Assembly: GCA_964016885.1 (NCBI GenBank)
Contig: OZ024761.1
Span: forward strand, 5,084,001-5,148,000
Reading direction: 5' to 3'
From: Eledone cirrhosa
Taxonomy: Eukaryota
Length of the DNA stretch: 64,000 nt
The position numbers and the translations under genes are program-made. Within the stretch, counting starts at the first letter, position 1. Each line of letters starts with the position of its first letter. Under the pieces are notes generated by a model. That model was not told the origin of the DNA, searched no databases, and saw only the letters and a program-made list of their open reading frames with translations. Shown piece by piece: positions 46,715 to 59,406 of this stretch.

Positions 46715-49700
46715 TTATCTATAAAAGGCAGGTTGTTGTGTGTGGTTCCATCATCATTCATCATCATTTCATTTTACGTCCTCTTTCCCCTGCTTGCAAG
46801 GGTGGGACGGGAACTGATTCTGGCTTGATTTCTACAGCTGGATGCCCTTCCTAACACCAACCTCATTTTCAGTGAGTGCTGGGTGCTTTTTTGCTGTGGC
46901 ACCTCCACGACCAGTTTGCAGTGGGGGCTGGGTGCTTTTTTGCCATGGCACCTCCACGACCACTTTGCAGTGGAATGATAGGGACCCGAGTCCCTATCAT
47001 CTCATTTCTACAGCTGAGTAAACTGGAGCAATGTGAAATATATATATATATATATCAAAGGTATATATTGAGTTAGGAACTCAAAATAGTCTCTTATATA
47101 TATATATATATAACCCAGTACAACCTGTCTCATGGTCGGGTCGTGAGCTTGCTTGGTGAGGAGGGTGATATTTACACACCCTGCGGGATGAAATACAAGA
47201 CCCGGTGAAGGGAAGAGGAACTCAACAGAGTCAACGGCCATCCAAATAGTACTTTTTCGTTACCTCCATTCTTCCACGCTAGCATGAGTTAGATGGGTTG
47301 TCCTGTTGTGGGCAGTGTCCAGTCAGCTGACTTTGTCTTACTCATACGGGAACTGATTTTGGCTTGATTTCTACAGCTGGATGCCCTTCTTAACACCAAC
47401 TTCATTTACAGTGAGTGCTGGGTGCTTTTTTTCTGTGGTGCCTACACTTCCACGTTACAGTGTGGGCTGCGTGCTTTTCTTTTGTCGTGACACCTCCACG
47501 ACCACTTTGCAGTGGGAGGGGGTGGGAGCATATTGTCTATATTCTTCAGCTTTGGCTTGTACCCGTGGGAAGTCGGGTCTTCTGTATTACTGCATGACAC
47601 CAGAGGTATGTATGTATAGATATAGATATATAAATAAACTTAAGAAAAATAAGAGAGAGGACAAGGCAAAATGAATAACAATTTTTTAATGTAAATATTA
47701 TGTGAGGTAAAGCCTTGACTGTGAAAATACAATAGTATATATAGAGTAATGTAAATGTTATGTGAGATATTATGTGAGGTAAAGCCTTTACTGTGAAAAT
47801 ATAATAGTATATATAGAGTAATGTAAATGTTATGTGAGATATTATGTGGGGTAAAGCCTTTACTGTGAAAATACAATAGTATATATAGAGTAATGTAAAT
47901 GTTATGTGAGATATTATGTGAGGTAAAGCCTTGACTGTGAAAATACAATAGTATATATAGAGTAATGTAAATGTTATGTGAGGTAAAGCCTTTACTGTGA
48001 AAATACAATAGTATATATAGAGTAATGTAAATGTTATGTGAGATATGTGAGGTAAAGCCTTTACTGTGAAAATATAATAGTATATATAGAGTAATGTAAA
48101 TGTTATGTGAGATATTATGTGAGGTAAAGCCTTTACTGTGAAAATACAATAGTATATATAGAGTAATGTAAATGTTATGTGAGATATTATGTGAGGTAAA
48201 GCCTTTACTGTGAAAATATAATAGTATATATAGAGTAATGTAAATGTTATGTGAGATATTATGTGGGGTAAAGCCTTTACTGTGAAAATACAATAGTATA
48301 TATAGAGTAATGTAAATGTTATGTGAGATATTATGTGAGGTAAAGCCTTTACTGTGAAAATATAATAGTATATATAGAGTAATGTAAATGTTATGTGAGA
48401 TATTATGTGGGGTAAAGCCTTTACTGTGAAAATACAATAGTATATATAGAGTAATGTAAATGTTATGTGAGATATTATGTGAGGTAAAGCCTTTACTGTG
48501 AAAATATAATAGTATATATAGAGTAATGTAAATGTTATGTGAGATATTATGTGGGGTAAAGCCTTGACTGTGAAAATACAATAGTATATATAGAGTAATG
48601 TAAATGTTATGTGAGGTAAAGCCTTTACTGTGACAATACAATAGTATATATAGTGTAATGTAAATGGTAAAGGGTTAAATTAATAGGGGTGAGAAGAGAT
48701 AACACGTTCGTGACAGATTATTAATGGTAAATTAGGAAAATGAACAGAGATGACAGTATGTGTTGGTGTCTGCTATGACAGTCACTATATACTGCCACGC
48801 CTCTCTATATATCTATTAAAGACAGGAGACTATAGTGGGGACAAACACACACACAGATACACACTTGGAAACACACACACACAGATACGCAGTTGTAAAC
48901 ACACACATAGATACACAGTTGTAAACACACAGATACACAGTTGTAAACACACACACATACACACTTGGAAACACACACACACAGATACACAGTTGTAAAC
49001 ACACACACAGATACGCAGTTGTAAACACACACACAGATACACAGTTGTAAACACACACACAGATACACAGTAGTAAACACACACACACACAGATACACAG
49101 TTGTAAACACACACACAGATACACAGTTGTAAACACACACACAGATACACTGTTGTAAACACACACAGATACAGTTGTAAACACACACTCAGATACACAG
49201 TTGTAAACACACACACACAGATACGCAGTTGTAAACACACACACACAGATACACAGTTGTAAACACACACACAGATACACAGTAGTAAACACACACACAC
49301 AGATACACAGTTGTAAACACACACACAGATACACTGTTGTAAATACACACATAGATACACAGTTGTAAACACACACATAGATACACAGTTGTAAACACAC
49401 ACACATACACACTTGGAAACACACACACACAGATACACAGTTGTAAACACACACACAGATACGCAGTTGTAAACACACACATACACACTTGGAAACACAC
49501 ACACACAGATACACAGTTGTAAACACACACACAGATACGCAGTTGTAAACACACACAGATACACAGTTGTAAACACACACAGATACACAATTGTAAACAC
49601 ACACACAGATACACTGTTGTAAACACACACATAGATACACAGTTGTAAACACACACACATACACACTTGGAAACACACACACAGATACACAGTTGTAAAC

Positions 49701-52700
49701 ACACACACAGATACACAGTTGTAAACACACACAGAGATACACAGTTGTAAACACACACATAGATACACACTTGTAAACACACACACACAGATACACACTT
49801 GTAAACACACAGATACACACTTGGAAACATACACACATGTAAACATACACGCATACACACTTGTAAATACACAGCTACATGCATGTAAACACACACACAC
49901 ACATGTAAACACAGATACACACTTATAAAAATAAACCTTGCCTCTACTACTACTACAACCACCACCACTACTACTACTACTACTACAACCACCACCACCA
50001 CCACTACTACTACCACCACTACTACAACCACCGTGACTACTACTACCACCACCACCACTACTACACTACTACTACTACAACCACCACTACTACTACTACT
50101 ACTACTACAACCACCACCACCACTACTACTACTATAACCACCACTACTACCACCACCACTACTACTACTATTATAACCACCACCACTACTACTACTACAA
50201 CCACCACCACCACCACCACTACTACTACTACCATTAATTAATGTTATTACTCTACAGGTATTTACAAAGATGTTTATGTCCAATGTCAGCATTGACCAGC
50301 CAGCCACCACAGATGATGGGGATAAAGGTAAGTTTATTTCTTTTAACTAGATGGTAATCTCCAATCAGAATTACACTTTACATTCAGTACACCCTGTAAG
50401 GTGGTTGGTGACAGGAAGGGCACCTCGCTTTAGAAACCATGCCTAAAAAGGGTTGATAGGACCCTTCAGTTGGTGTTGGTGACATGATGAAATACACCCA
50501 GTACACACTGTAGAGTGTTTAGCTATGACAATGGCATCCAGCTGTAGAAAGCTTTTCAAACATAGAGTTGGGAGAATCCTGCAGGTGTGCACTCAGTAGA
50601 ACATGGGACCATATGTAAGTAAGATGCTGACACTCAGCCTGTCTGGGAGGTCAGTAGCCCTGCTTCGGTAACATGGGACTATATGTAAGTAAGATGCTGA
50701 CACTCAGCCTATCTGGGAGGTCAGTAGCCCTGCTTAGGTAACATGGGACTATATGTAAGTAAGATGCTGACACTCAGCCTGTCTGGGAGGTCAGTAGCCC
50801 TGCTTAGGTAACATGGGACTATATGTAAGATGCTGACCCTCAGCCTGTCTGGGAGGTCAGTAGCCCTGCTTAGGTAACATGGGACCATATGTAAGTAAGA
50901 TGCTGACACTCAGCCTGTCTGGGAGGTCAGTAGCCCTGCTTTGGTAACATGGGACCATATGTAAGTAAGATGCTGACACTCAGCCTGTCTGGGAAGTCAG
51001 TAGCCCTGCTTCGGTAACATGGGACTATATGTAAGTAAGATGCTGACACTCAGCCTGTCTGGGAGGTCAGTAGCCCTGCTTCGGTAACATGGGACTATAT
51101 GTAAGATGCTGACCCTCAGCCTGTCTGGGAGGTCAGTAGCCCTGCTTCGGTAACATGGGACCATATGTAAGTAAGATGCTGACACTCAGCCTGTCTGGGA
51201 AGTCAGTAGCCCTGCTTAGGTAACATGGGACTATATGTAAGTAAGATGCTGACACTCAGCCTATCTGGGAGGTCAGTAGCCCTGCTTAGGTAACATGGGA
51301 CCATATGTAAGTAAGATGCTGACCTCAGCCTGTCTGGGAGGTCAGTAGCTCTGCTTAGGTAACATGGGACCATATGTAAGTAAGATGCTGACACTCAGCC
51401 TATCTGGGAGGTCAGTAGCCCTGCTTGGGTAACATGGGACTATATGTAAGATGCTGACACTCAGCCTGTCTGGGAAGTCAGTAGCCCTGCTTAGGTAACA
51501 TGGGACTATATGTAAGTAAGATGCTGACACTCAGCCTATCTGGGAGGTCAGTAGCCCTGCTTAGGTAACATGGGACTATATGTAAGTAAGATGCTGACCT
51601 CAGCCTGTCTGGGAGGTCAGTAGCCCTGCTTAGGTAACATGGGACTATATGTAAGTAAGATGTTGACAGACACTCAGCCTGTCTGGGAGGTCAGTAGCCC
51701 TGCTTGGGTAACATGGGACTATATGTAAGATGCTGACACTCAGCCTGTCTGGGAGGTCAGTAGCCCTGCTTAGGTAACATGGGACTATATGTAAGTAAGA
51801 TGCTGACCTCAGCCTGTCTGGGAGGTCAGTAGCCCTGCTTAGGTAACATGGGACTATATGTAAGTAAGATGCTGACCTCAGCCTGTCTGGGAGGTCAGTA
51901 GCCCTGCTTAGGTAACATGGGACTATATGTAAGTAAGATGTTGACAGACACTCAGCCTGTCTGGGAGGTCAGTAGCCCTGCTTGGGTAACATGGGACTAT
52001 ATGTAAGATGCTGACACTCAGCCTGTCTGGGAGGTCAGTAGCCCTGCTTGGGTAACATGGGACTATATGTAAGATGCTGACACTCAGCCTGTCTGGGAGG
52101 TCAGTAGCCCTGCTTAGGTAACATGGGACCATATGTAAGTAAGATGCTAACTTCAGCCTGTCTGGGAGGTCAGTAGCCCTGCTTCGGTACTGACTATGTC
52201 TATATAGATCTGTCCAACCCTCGCTAGTTAAATCGTTTTCTTTGTTATCAAATATCATTTATTTCAATACAAACCAACTGCTTGACTTTAGAAGCATGGG
52301 AAAGTTTTTTAAAATGTGTGTTTTTCGTCCTAACACAAATGGCCACAATAATAGGGGACAGAAGCACCTCTCCCAACACAAATGACCTCAATAATAGGGG
52401 ACAGAGGCACCTCTAACCCCTATTTTTCCATTATCAGGGGTAATTTATCTGTTATTTATAGTGGTCAACTATTATTATGGTCATTTGTGTCCACTTTTTT
52501 CCATGCAGGGTACTTTACCCAATATTTGTAGTGATTCACTATTATTATGTTCATTTGCGTTGGGACACACACACTTAAACTTCAATTTAAAATGTTTTTG
52601 TTTACTAATAAAAAATTCTCTGCCGTCTTCTATTCTACAATATATTTCGAGACAACACTGACACATAAAACAGATTCTTAATTTTAAAGAAGAGGCTATC

Positions 52701-55700
52701 TAGTTGGTCCAGGTAAAATAGACTCTCAGGCTATGTAGCCGGTAAGAGTGTCAGACAGCATGAGTTAAGACAATTTGAAATCTTTTCCACCATCAATTGT
52801 TAAAAAACAAGTTAAAATCATTTAGTCATCTTATAATTCTGCTTGTGTTTCGTCTATTCGTAATGTAGGTTACACATCTACTGAGTTACATACACACACA
52901 TCTACTGAGTTATACACATACATCTACTGAGTTACATACACATACACACACACATCTACAAAATAAGCTTCCGGAACACTGGCTAGAGTTGCGTCCCGTT
53001 AGGGTTTACCGGTAAAATAAGCTTAAAAAGCATGTCTATTTTGCCAGGACCGGCTACCTAGCCTATTCCTTGTTTTAATGCATTTACCTCATCTCGCAGG
53101 ATAAACCTCTTCCTCTTCTCCTCACATTTTCATGTCCAGACTCTAGTATGGTGATCTTGGAAAAGAAGAAGGTGATAAGTGAGACATTAGTACCAGAGCT
53201 TGAAAACGCAATCCTTAATACGGCTAAGAAGCGAAAGGAGTTCCCTAAATTATGTCGTAGGAACATGGAATCCTATGCAAAACTAGAGCTTAGTTTTCTT
53301 GTAAGTATATTTTCTAGATTTCTTTATTTCAGGCATATTTAACCTGTTACCATTTACATTACTCTATATATACTATTGTATTTTCACAGTAAAGGTTTTA
53401 CCTCACATAATATCTCCCATAACATTTACATTACTCTATATATACTATTGTATTTTCACAGTAAAGGCTTTATCCCACATAATATCTTACATAACATTTA
53501 CATTACTCTATATATACTATTGTATTTTCACAGTAAAGACTTTCCCTCACATAATATCTCACATTACTCTATATATACTATTGTATTTTCACAGTAAAGA
53601 CTTTCCCTCACATAATATCTCACATAACATTTACATTACTCTTTATATACTATTGTATTTTCACAGTAAAGGCTTTACCTCACATAATATCTCACATAAC
53701 ATTTACATTACTCTTTATATACTATTGTATTTTCACAGTAAAGACTTTCCCTCACATAATATCTCTCATGACATTTACATTACTCTTTATATACTATTGT
53801 ATTTTCACAGTAAAGGCTTTACCTCACATAATATCTCACATAACATTTACATTACTCTATATATACTATTGTATTTTCACAGTAAAGGCTTTACCTCACA
53901 TAATATCTCACATAACATTTACATTACTCTTTATATACTATTGTATTTTCACAGTAAAGACTTTCCCTCACATAATATCTCACATAACATTTACATTACT
54001 CTATATATACTATTGTATTTTCACAGTAAAGGCTTTACCTCACATAATATCTCACATAACATTTACATTACTCTATATATACTATTGTATTGTCACAGTA
54101 AAGGCTTTACCTCTCATAATATCTCACATAACATTTACATTACTCTTTATATACTATTGTATTTTCACAGTAAAGACTTTACCTCACATAACATTTACAT
54201 TACTCTATATATACTATTGTATTTTCACAGTAAAGGCTTTACCTCACATAATATCTCACATAACATTTACATTACTCTATATATACTATTGTATTTTCAC
54301 AGTAAAGGCTTTACCTCACATAATATCTCACATAACATTTACATTACTCTTTATATACTATTGTATTTTCACAGTAAAGACTTTCCCTCACATAATATCT
54401 CACATAACATTTACATTACTCTATATATACTATTGTATTTTCACAGTAAAGGCTTTACCTCACATAATATCTCACATAACATTTACATTACTCTTTATAT
54501 ACTATTGTATTTTCACAGTAAAGACTTTACCTCACATAATATCTCACATGACATTTACATTACTCTTTATATACTATTGTATTTTCACAGTAAAGGCTTT
54601 ACCTCACATAATATCTCGCATAACATTTACATTACTCTATATATACTATTGTATTTTCACAGTAAAGACTTTCCCTCACATAATATCTCACATAACATTT
54701 ACATTACTCTTTATATACTATTGTATTTTCACAGTAAAGGCTTTACCTCATATAATATCTCACATAACATTTACATTACTCTATATATACTATTGTATTT
54801 TCACAGTAAAGGCTTTACCTCACATAATATCTCACATAACATTTACATTACTCTTTATATACTATTGTATTTTCACAGTAAAGACTTTCCCTCACATAAT
54901 ATCTCACATAACATTTACATTACTCTATATATACTATTGTATTTTCACAGTAAAGGCTTTACCTCACATAATATCTCACATAACATTTACATTACTCTAT
55001 ATATACTATTGTATTTTCACAGTAAAGGCTTTACCTCACATAATATCTCACATAACATTTACATTACTCTATATATACTATTGTATTTTCACAGTGAAGG
55101 CTTTACCTCACATAATATCAAATCTATGAGATTTTGATATTATTTATTTTGAGGACAATACCTTAACATCAGTATGAGCAGCCAGTTACGGCTGTTTTGA
55201 ACAGAAAGAGGTGGGAGAATTCTGGCCAGATATGGCTAGTTTAAATGCTAAAGGGTTAAACTTCAGAAATTTCTCACTTCCAAGAACACAATGATCACGA
55301 GTTAACTCCATTGATAAGAAACTGTCTCAAACCATTTCTGGGGTCAGCGAAACAAGATAAACTGACTTTGATCTGTTTGATACCAAACTGCCCCTGGCTC
55401 TATGATACTAAGCTGTTTAAATGCTAACCCATTAGCATTTAAACCAGCCATATCCGTCCAGAATTCTCTCATCTCTCTCTGTTCAAACCTGCCTTAACCG
55501 GCTGCTCATGCTGATGTTAAGGTATTGTTCTCAAAATTTCATAGATTCAATGTTATGTGAGGATATTATGTGAAGCTTTAATGGCTTTAATACAATAGTA
55601 AATATAGAGTAATGTAAATGCTAAAGGGTTAAAGTGTTTATATTTATCTGAAAATGATCCATTATAATTTCGTCTGAGTAGCTAAGTTATAATGTGAAAA

Positions 55701-57682
55701 ATAGTTATATTTTACTCAATCCCTTAAAATGTTTAATTCTTTCCATAATTTTTTAAAGATATTAGTTGTCTTTTATTAGAAATATGGTAATGAAAAATTG
55801 AAGCACTTCCATTTAAATTAAAATCTTCCAACATAATTTTATATAAGAACCTTTTAAGTTTATAAAAATCGTCTTAATTATGAAGAGATTAAGAATTTTA
55901 GTTCATCACACCAAATTCTTTAATTAACAGAATCATTAGATCAATTCTGGTCCTCTACATTCTGAGTTCAAATCCCGCACAGGTCAGTTTTGCTTTCCAG
56001 AGTTAATAAAGTACCAGTAACGTGCTGGGGTCAGTGAGATCAACATTCCCTCTCCCTACAAATTGTTGGCCTTGTGTCTAAATCAGAACTCTTAATTGGA
56101 AGATATTGATTTATTTCATTCGAGATATGGTATTGAAAGGGCTAACCCTTTTCATACCAAACTGTCCCCGCTTCTGTGATACTAAGCTGTTTATTATGAA
56201 GTGTTTCTATTTATCTTCCATCATAATTTTATGTAACAGCCTTTGTTAAGTTATGCTCCAAATACTAGCTTAATAATGAAAAAATTAGTTATACAGTTGT
56301 CCCCCGATATTCACAGGTGTAACATTCCTAGAGCACCTGCGAAGAGTGAAAAACCACAAATATTGGACGTGGTCCATAAAAATGCCTATAAACGTCAAAA
56401 TATATTTTAAAAAGTGGAAGCGTCTTATGCAAAGGGGCGTCCAATAGGCCAGCAAATACGGTATATTGTTGTTAATATATATAGCATTAAAAAGTGTGAA
56501 AAAATATATATATTGCTAAGAAAAAGCCATTAAAAAATCACGGAAGATCTTTACGATTCCAGGAATATGCGGTGGTTTCCACGAACAATTATTAGTTGGG
56601 TTCTGAGGAAAATGCTGCAAATATCAGGACCGTGAATGTCAGGGGTACACTGTATTGCTAAAACCCTCTAATTTTGTGATTATTTTCAAATTTATTTGAA
56701 GGGTGTAGGCAGCTGTTTTCCATTAGAAATATCCTAATGAAAAGGGTTTTATTCTATAATATAATAATGAAAATATTGTGTACAGTGCTCAGGTGTACTA
56801 CAACTCATCAAAAGTGTATGTATAGTACATAGGGTAATGTACAAACGTCAGGAAAATGAACAGTGCACGAGTCATGATATACACATGTGTGCATGTGTAT
56901 GGCACGTGTGTTAGACACATGGAGATCAAAAAGGTGCTCAGCGTTGTTGTTGGCAAGATGGTTAATAACTTTGTGGGTGTTTACCAAGTCCATTGCCAGA
57001 CGTCAGAGCTTCAATGAATCCAGGGAAGCAAGGCGTTCAGAGTATGGTAGGTGTCTGATGGAGGGTATGCGCTTGGTTGCACGTCTCTGAATAGTTTCCA
57101 GGAGGTCAATGTTCTGAGCAAGATAGGGGTTCCAGACTGATGATGCGAATTCCAAGTGTGGTCGTACCATAGCTGTATACAGTTTTAAATAGATGGCTGG
57201 AGAGCGGCTAACAAAGGTCTTGCTGAGTGATGCCAAAACACCCTCGGCCTTCTTGACAATCTTAGAGACATGCAAATCGCTGCTGACAGTAATACCCAGA
57301 TCACGTTCACAAGAAGACTTCTTGATATCAGTGTTGTGGAGGGAATATGTGGATGCTGGATTTTTCCTCCAAAAATGCATGGTGGTACACTTGTCCACAG
57401 CCAGCTTCAGTTGCCAGTCTGTCATCCATTGCTGCATTATGTCCAGGTCTGATTGTAGGAAAGAGTTGTAGATTTCAGGATCAGTCCTTTTGATTTCAAG
57501 GTACAGCTTGATGTCATCTTCATATTTCAGTACCGTGGCATTCTTTATTTTTTTTACAGAATTCTGTTCAGATTCAAATTCCTCAAAGCCAACCAACACC
57601 AATGACATCTGTGTCCTTCAATTCACCTGAAGAATCTGAAGGTTTAACAAAATCTTTAAAATTATTATCTTCACTATCCAAG
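35451..57682 (+). CDS. NSL1: Kinetochore Mis12-complex subunit NSL1/Mis14-like, spliced gene; 4 coding exons, last exon(s) not found in window
   Basis: Exons 35451-35624, 50258-50327, 53140-53300 and 57560-57682 have GT-AG boundaries and phases 0/1/0/0 (528 nt, no stops). FMSNVSID resembles recalled human VQENISIN, and [17 protein letters not shown] resembles FDEIIVDIATKRKQYPR. The gene is head-to-head with TATDN3, as in human. Confidence 0.75.
37485..38400 (+). mobile_element. RTE/BovB-like AP endonuclease fragment
   Basis: [32 protein letters not shown]. Confidence 0.85.
38442..38688 (-). mobile_element. Helitron-like non-autonomous element
   Basis: Minus strand ends GCCTGGCAATGACAGGC hairpin-TCTTTTG-CTAG|T; (GTCT)n near the other end. 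A similar hairpin+CTAG end lies at 28560-28594 (+). Confidence 0.5.
38689..39023 (+). mobile_element. SINE family A copy
   Basis: Reverse complement of 391-724. Confidence 0.85.
39490..40455. repeat. 48-bp tandem array (~20 units)
   Basis: 16-aa periodic spurious [19 protein letters not shown]. Confidence 0.95.
40597..40924 (+). mobile_element. SINE family A copy
   Basis: Reverse complement of 391-724. Confidence 0.85.
41571..41962. repeat. 36-37-bp tandem array
   Basis: taggtgtttatattgctaattagacctgtacatttcc. Confidence 0.9.
42680..44325 (-). mobile_element. RTE family A, internally deleted (endonuclease region joined to 3' end)
   Basis: Homologous to 22030-23290 and to 28990-29260; most of RT missing. 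Confidence 0.85.
44583..45855. repeat. 48-bp tandem array (~26 units), opposite orientation to 39490-40455
   Basis: Reverse complement of the same unit. Confidence 0.95.
46436..46509. repeat. Short palindrome next to TA tract
   Basis: tattcgtacatcttcattttattatctaattcat / atgaattagataataaaatgaaaatgtacgaata. Confidence 0.8.
46750..47040 (-). mobile_element. SINE family A copy, head-truncated
   Basis: Tail and body match 391-724; internal ~48-bp duplication. Confidence 0.8.
47686..48678 (-). mobile_element. Partial piggyBac-like MITE with ~14 copies of the 72-bp unit (smaller copies ~2880-3200, 25583-25812, 55424-55632)
   Basis: Ends in gtaaatggtaaagggttaa; same repeat unit. Confidence 0.8.
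48842..49922. repeat. CA-rich minisatellite
   Basis: acacagatacacagttgtaaac(ac)n units. Confidence 0.9.
50258..50327 (+). CDS. NSL1: NSL1-like exon 2 ([23 protein letters not shown])
   Basis: ctctacag acceptor, AG|GTAAGT donor, phase 0/1. Confidence 0.8.
50595..52190. repeat. 66-70-bp tandem array (~23 units)
   Basis: gtaacatgggactatatgtaagtaagatgctgacactcagcctgtctgggaggtcagtagccctgcttag. Confidence 0.95.
53140..53300 (+). CDS. NSL1: NSL1-like exon 3 ([11 protein letters not shown]...[27 protein letters not shown])
   Basis: Long polypyrimidine tract plus ccag acceptor, GTAAGT donor, phase 1/0; Mis14-like KRK-x-(F/Y)-P motif. Confidence 0.85.
53343..55255 (+). mobile_element. Same piggyBac-like MITE with the 72-bp unit expanded to ~24 copies
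   Basis: TTAA flanks at 53339-53342 and 55256-55259; same right terminus. Confidence 0.85.
56760..57548 (-). mobile_element. CR1-like LINE 3' fragment (same family as 33610-35258)
   Basis: ORF 57003-57548 closely matches 34261-34830; same 3' tail (tail-only copy at ~41525-41570). Confidence 0.92.
57560..57682 (+). CDS. NSL1: NSL1-like exon 4 ([13 protein letters not shown]...LKLLSSLSK)
   Basis: ttttttttacag acceptor, AG|GTAAGA donor, 123 nt open in phase 0. Confidence 0.75.
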
Positions 57683-58489
57683 GTAAGACATTTTACTTTT
57701 CTTCTCTTCTCCAGTATTCAACTCTTATCCTCGGTATTAGGTTGATTGATCATTCATGCATATATATATATTTATATATGTTAAGCTATCAAACATATGT
57801 TTTGATAGCTTATCATTGTGTATAGCTACTCCAAATTTATTAATTTGTCAAGCTGATTCAATTGTGAATGAAATCTCGCTGTTCTTTCTAGCAGATCAGA
57901 CGTCCAGTTCTATTTATATCTTCCCTTGTCATTAAACGTTTATTGGCACCAGTTGGTTTGAAGCTTATTCAGACTCTCACCTCTCAACAGATTTAAAGGT
58001 ATTTTGTCCAGTGGGGAGATATCTAAAGATGATAGTCCTATACGAGCGAGACACGGTCACCCGACCAATCTTGCCTCAAGTGGGACAACTCCCGTCTAAC
58101 CCATGCTAGCGTAGAAGATAGATGTTAAACGATGATGATAATGATGATTCCTCGCATGAGTAGCTCCTTGTCTTTCAACTGGTGGGAGACCTAGATGTAG
58201 ACCCCGAGCAAGATAACCTCAATGAGCTTGGCTGGTCTCACGTGGGTGTCCAGCCAGATCAATTGGAGATGGATGCTTCTGAAGGGACCCTCCCACCTAT
58301 AAGAAGTTATATATTTATATATATAATTCAAGTTCCAAAGATATATTTGGAGTGAGAAAAAGTCATATATCATTTGAGAAACAGTATTTTGTACACATAT
58401 TTAATATAAATAATATTCAGGAAAAAATACACATACTTAAGGTGGAAAAAGTAATACTCTTGACAGAACTGTTTCACGGTTCCAAGAGG

Positions 58490-58835
58490 CATCATCATCA
58501 TCATCATCATCATTTTACGTCCGCTTTTCCCTGCTTGCAAGGGTGGGACTAGAAGTGATTCTGGCTTGATTTCTACAGCTGGATGCCCTTCCTAACACCA
58601 ACCTCATTTACAGTGAGTGCTGGGTGCTTTTTTGCTGTGGCACCTCCACGACCACTTTACAGTGGAATGATAGGGACCCCAGTCCCTATCATCTCATTTC
58701 TACAGCTGAGTAAACTGGAGCAATGTGAAATAAAGTGTCTTGCTCAAGGAAACAATACATCACCCGGTCTGAGAATTGAACTCACAACTTTTCGATTGCA
58801 AGACCAATGCTCTAACCACTGAGCCATGTGCCTCC
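58490..58835 (-). mobile_element. SINE family A copy
   Basis: Near-identical to 391-724. Confidence 0.85.
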
Positions 58836-59181
58836 ATGTGGAAATCAATCATGTTAGGCATGTCAAAATCAATCCAAGTAATGAATTATTGATTGTGGTG
58901 AAAGACAAGGATCTACTCTTGAGAGGAATCGTCTTTAGATATGTCTCCCCCACACTATACAAAATGCCTTTACATCTGTTGAGAGGCGAGAGTCTGAATA
59001 AACTTCAAACCAACTGGTGCTGATAAACTTTTAACGACATTGATTTAATGTTTTAGTGGTATGTGCACACATGTGAGAGCCAGAAAAGCCCTCTGGCACC
59101 ACTTGGGTCCCAGCACCGGAAATAAAAAAAAACCCAACTTTGATATTGGGATTTTCAGATTTAAATTGTGCATACATTTCA

Positions 59182-59406
59182 GTGGTGGTGTGGTGGTGTG
59201 GTGGTGCCCTGGTAGTGGTGTGGTGGTGTCTTGGTAGTGGTGTGGTGGTGCCCTGGTAGTGGTGTGGTGGTGCCCTGGTAGTGGTGTGGTGGTGTCTTGG
59301 TAGTGGTGTGGTGGTGTCTTCGTAGTGGTGTGGTGGTGCCTTGGTAGTGGTGTGGTGGTGCCCTGGTAGTGGTGTGGTGGTGTCTTGGTAGTGGTGTGGT
59401 GGTGTC
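59182..59406. repeat. 22-bp G-rich minisatellite
   Basis: gtggtgtggtggtgccctggta. Confidence 0.9.

Noticed and set aside
48805-50310. Long CV/VY-rich ORFs (also 4608-5371, 16092-16655, 20915-21324, 39528-40361)
   Set aside because: Microsatellite or minisatellite translations
53091-53105. Alternative upstream acceptor (ctcgcag) for NSL1 exon 3
   Set aside because: Gives GGA TAA, an immediate stop in phase 1
53581-55137. 518-aa and 453-aa ORFs (also 47640-48641, 18835-19113)
   Set aside because: Translations of the 72-bp MITE satellite (24-aa period); intronic, not protein genes
57890-58480. Possible NSL1 exon 5 candidates (~57895 and ~58421)
   Set aside because: No resemblance to the expected NSL1 continuation and weak splice context
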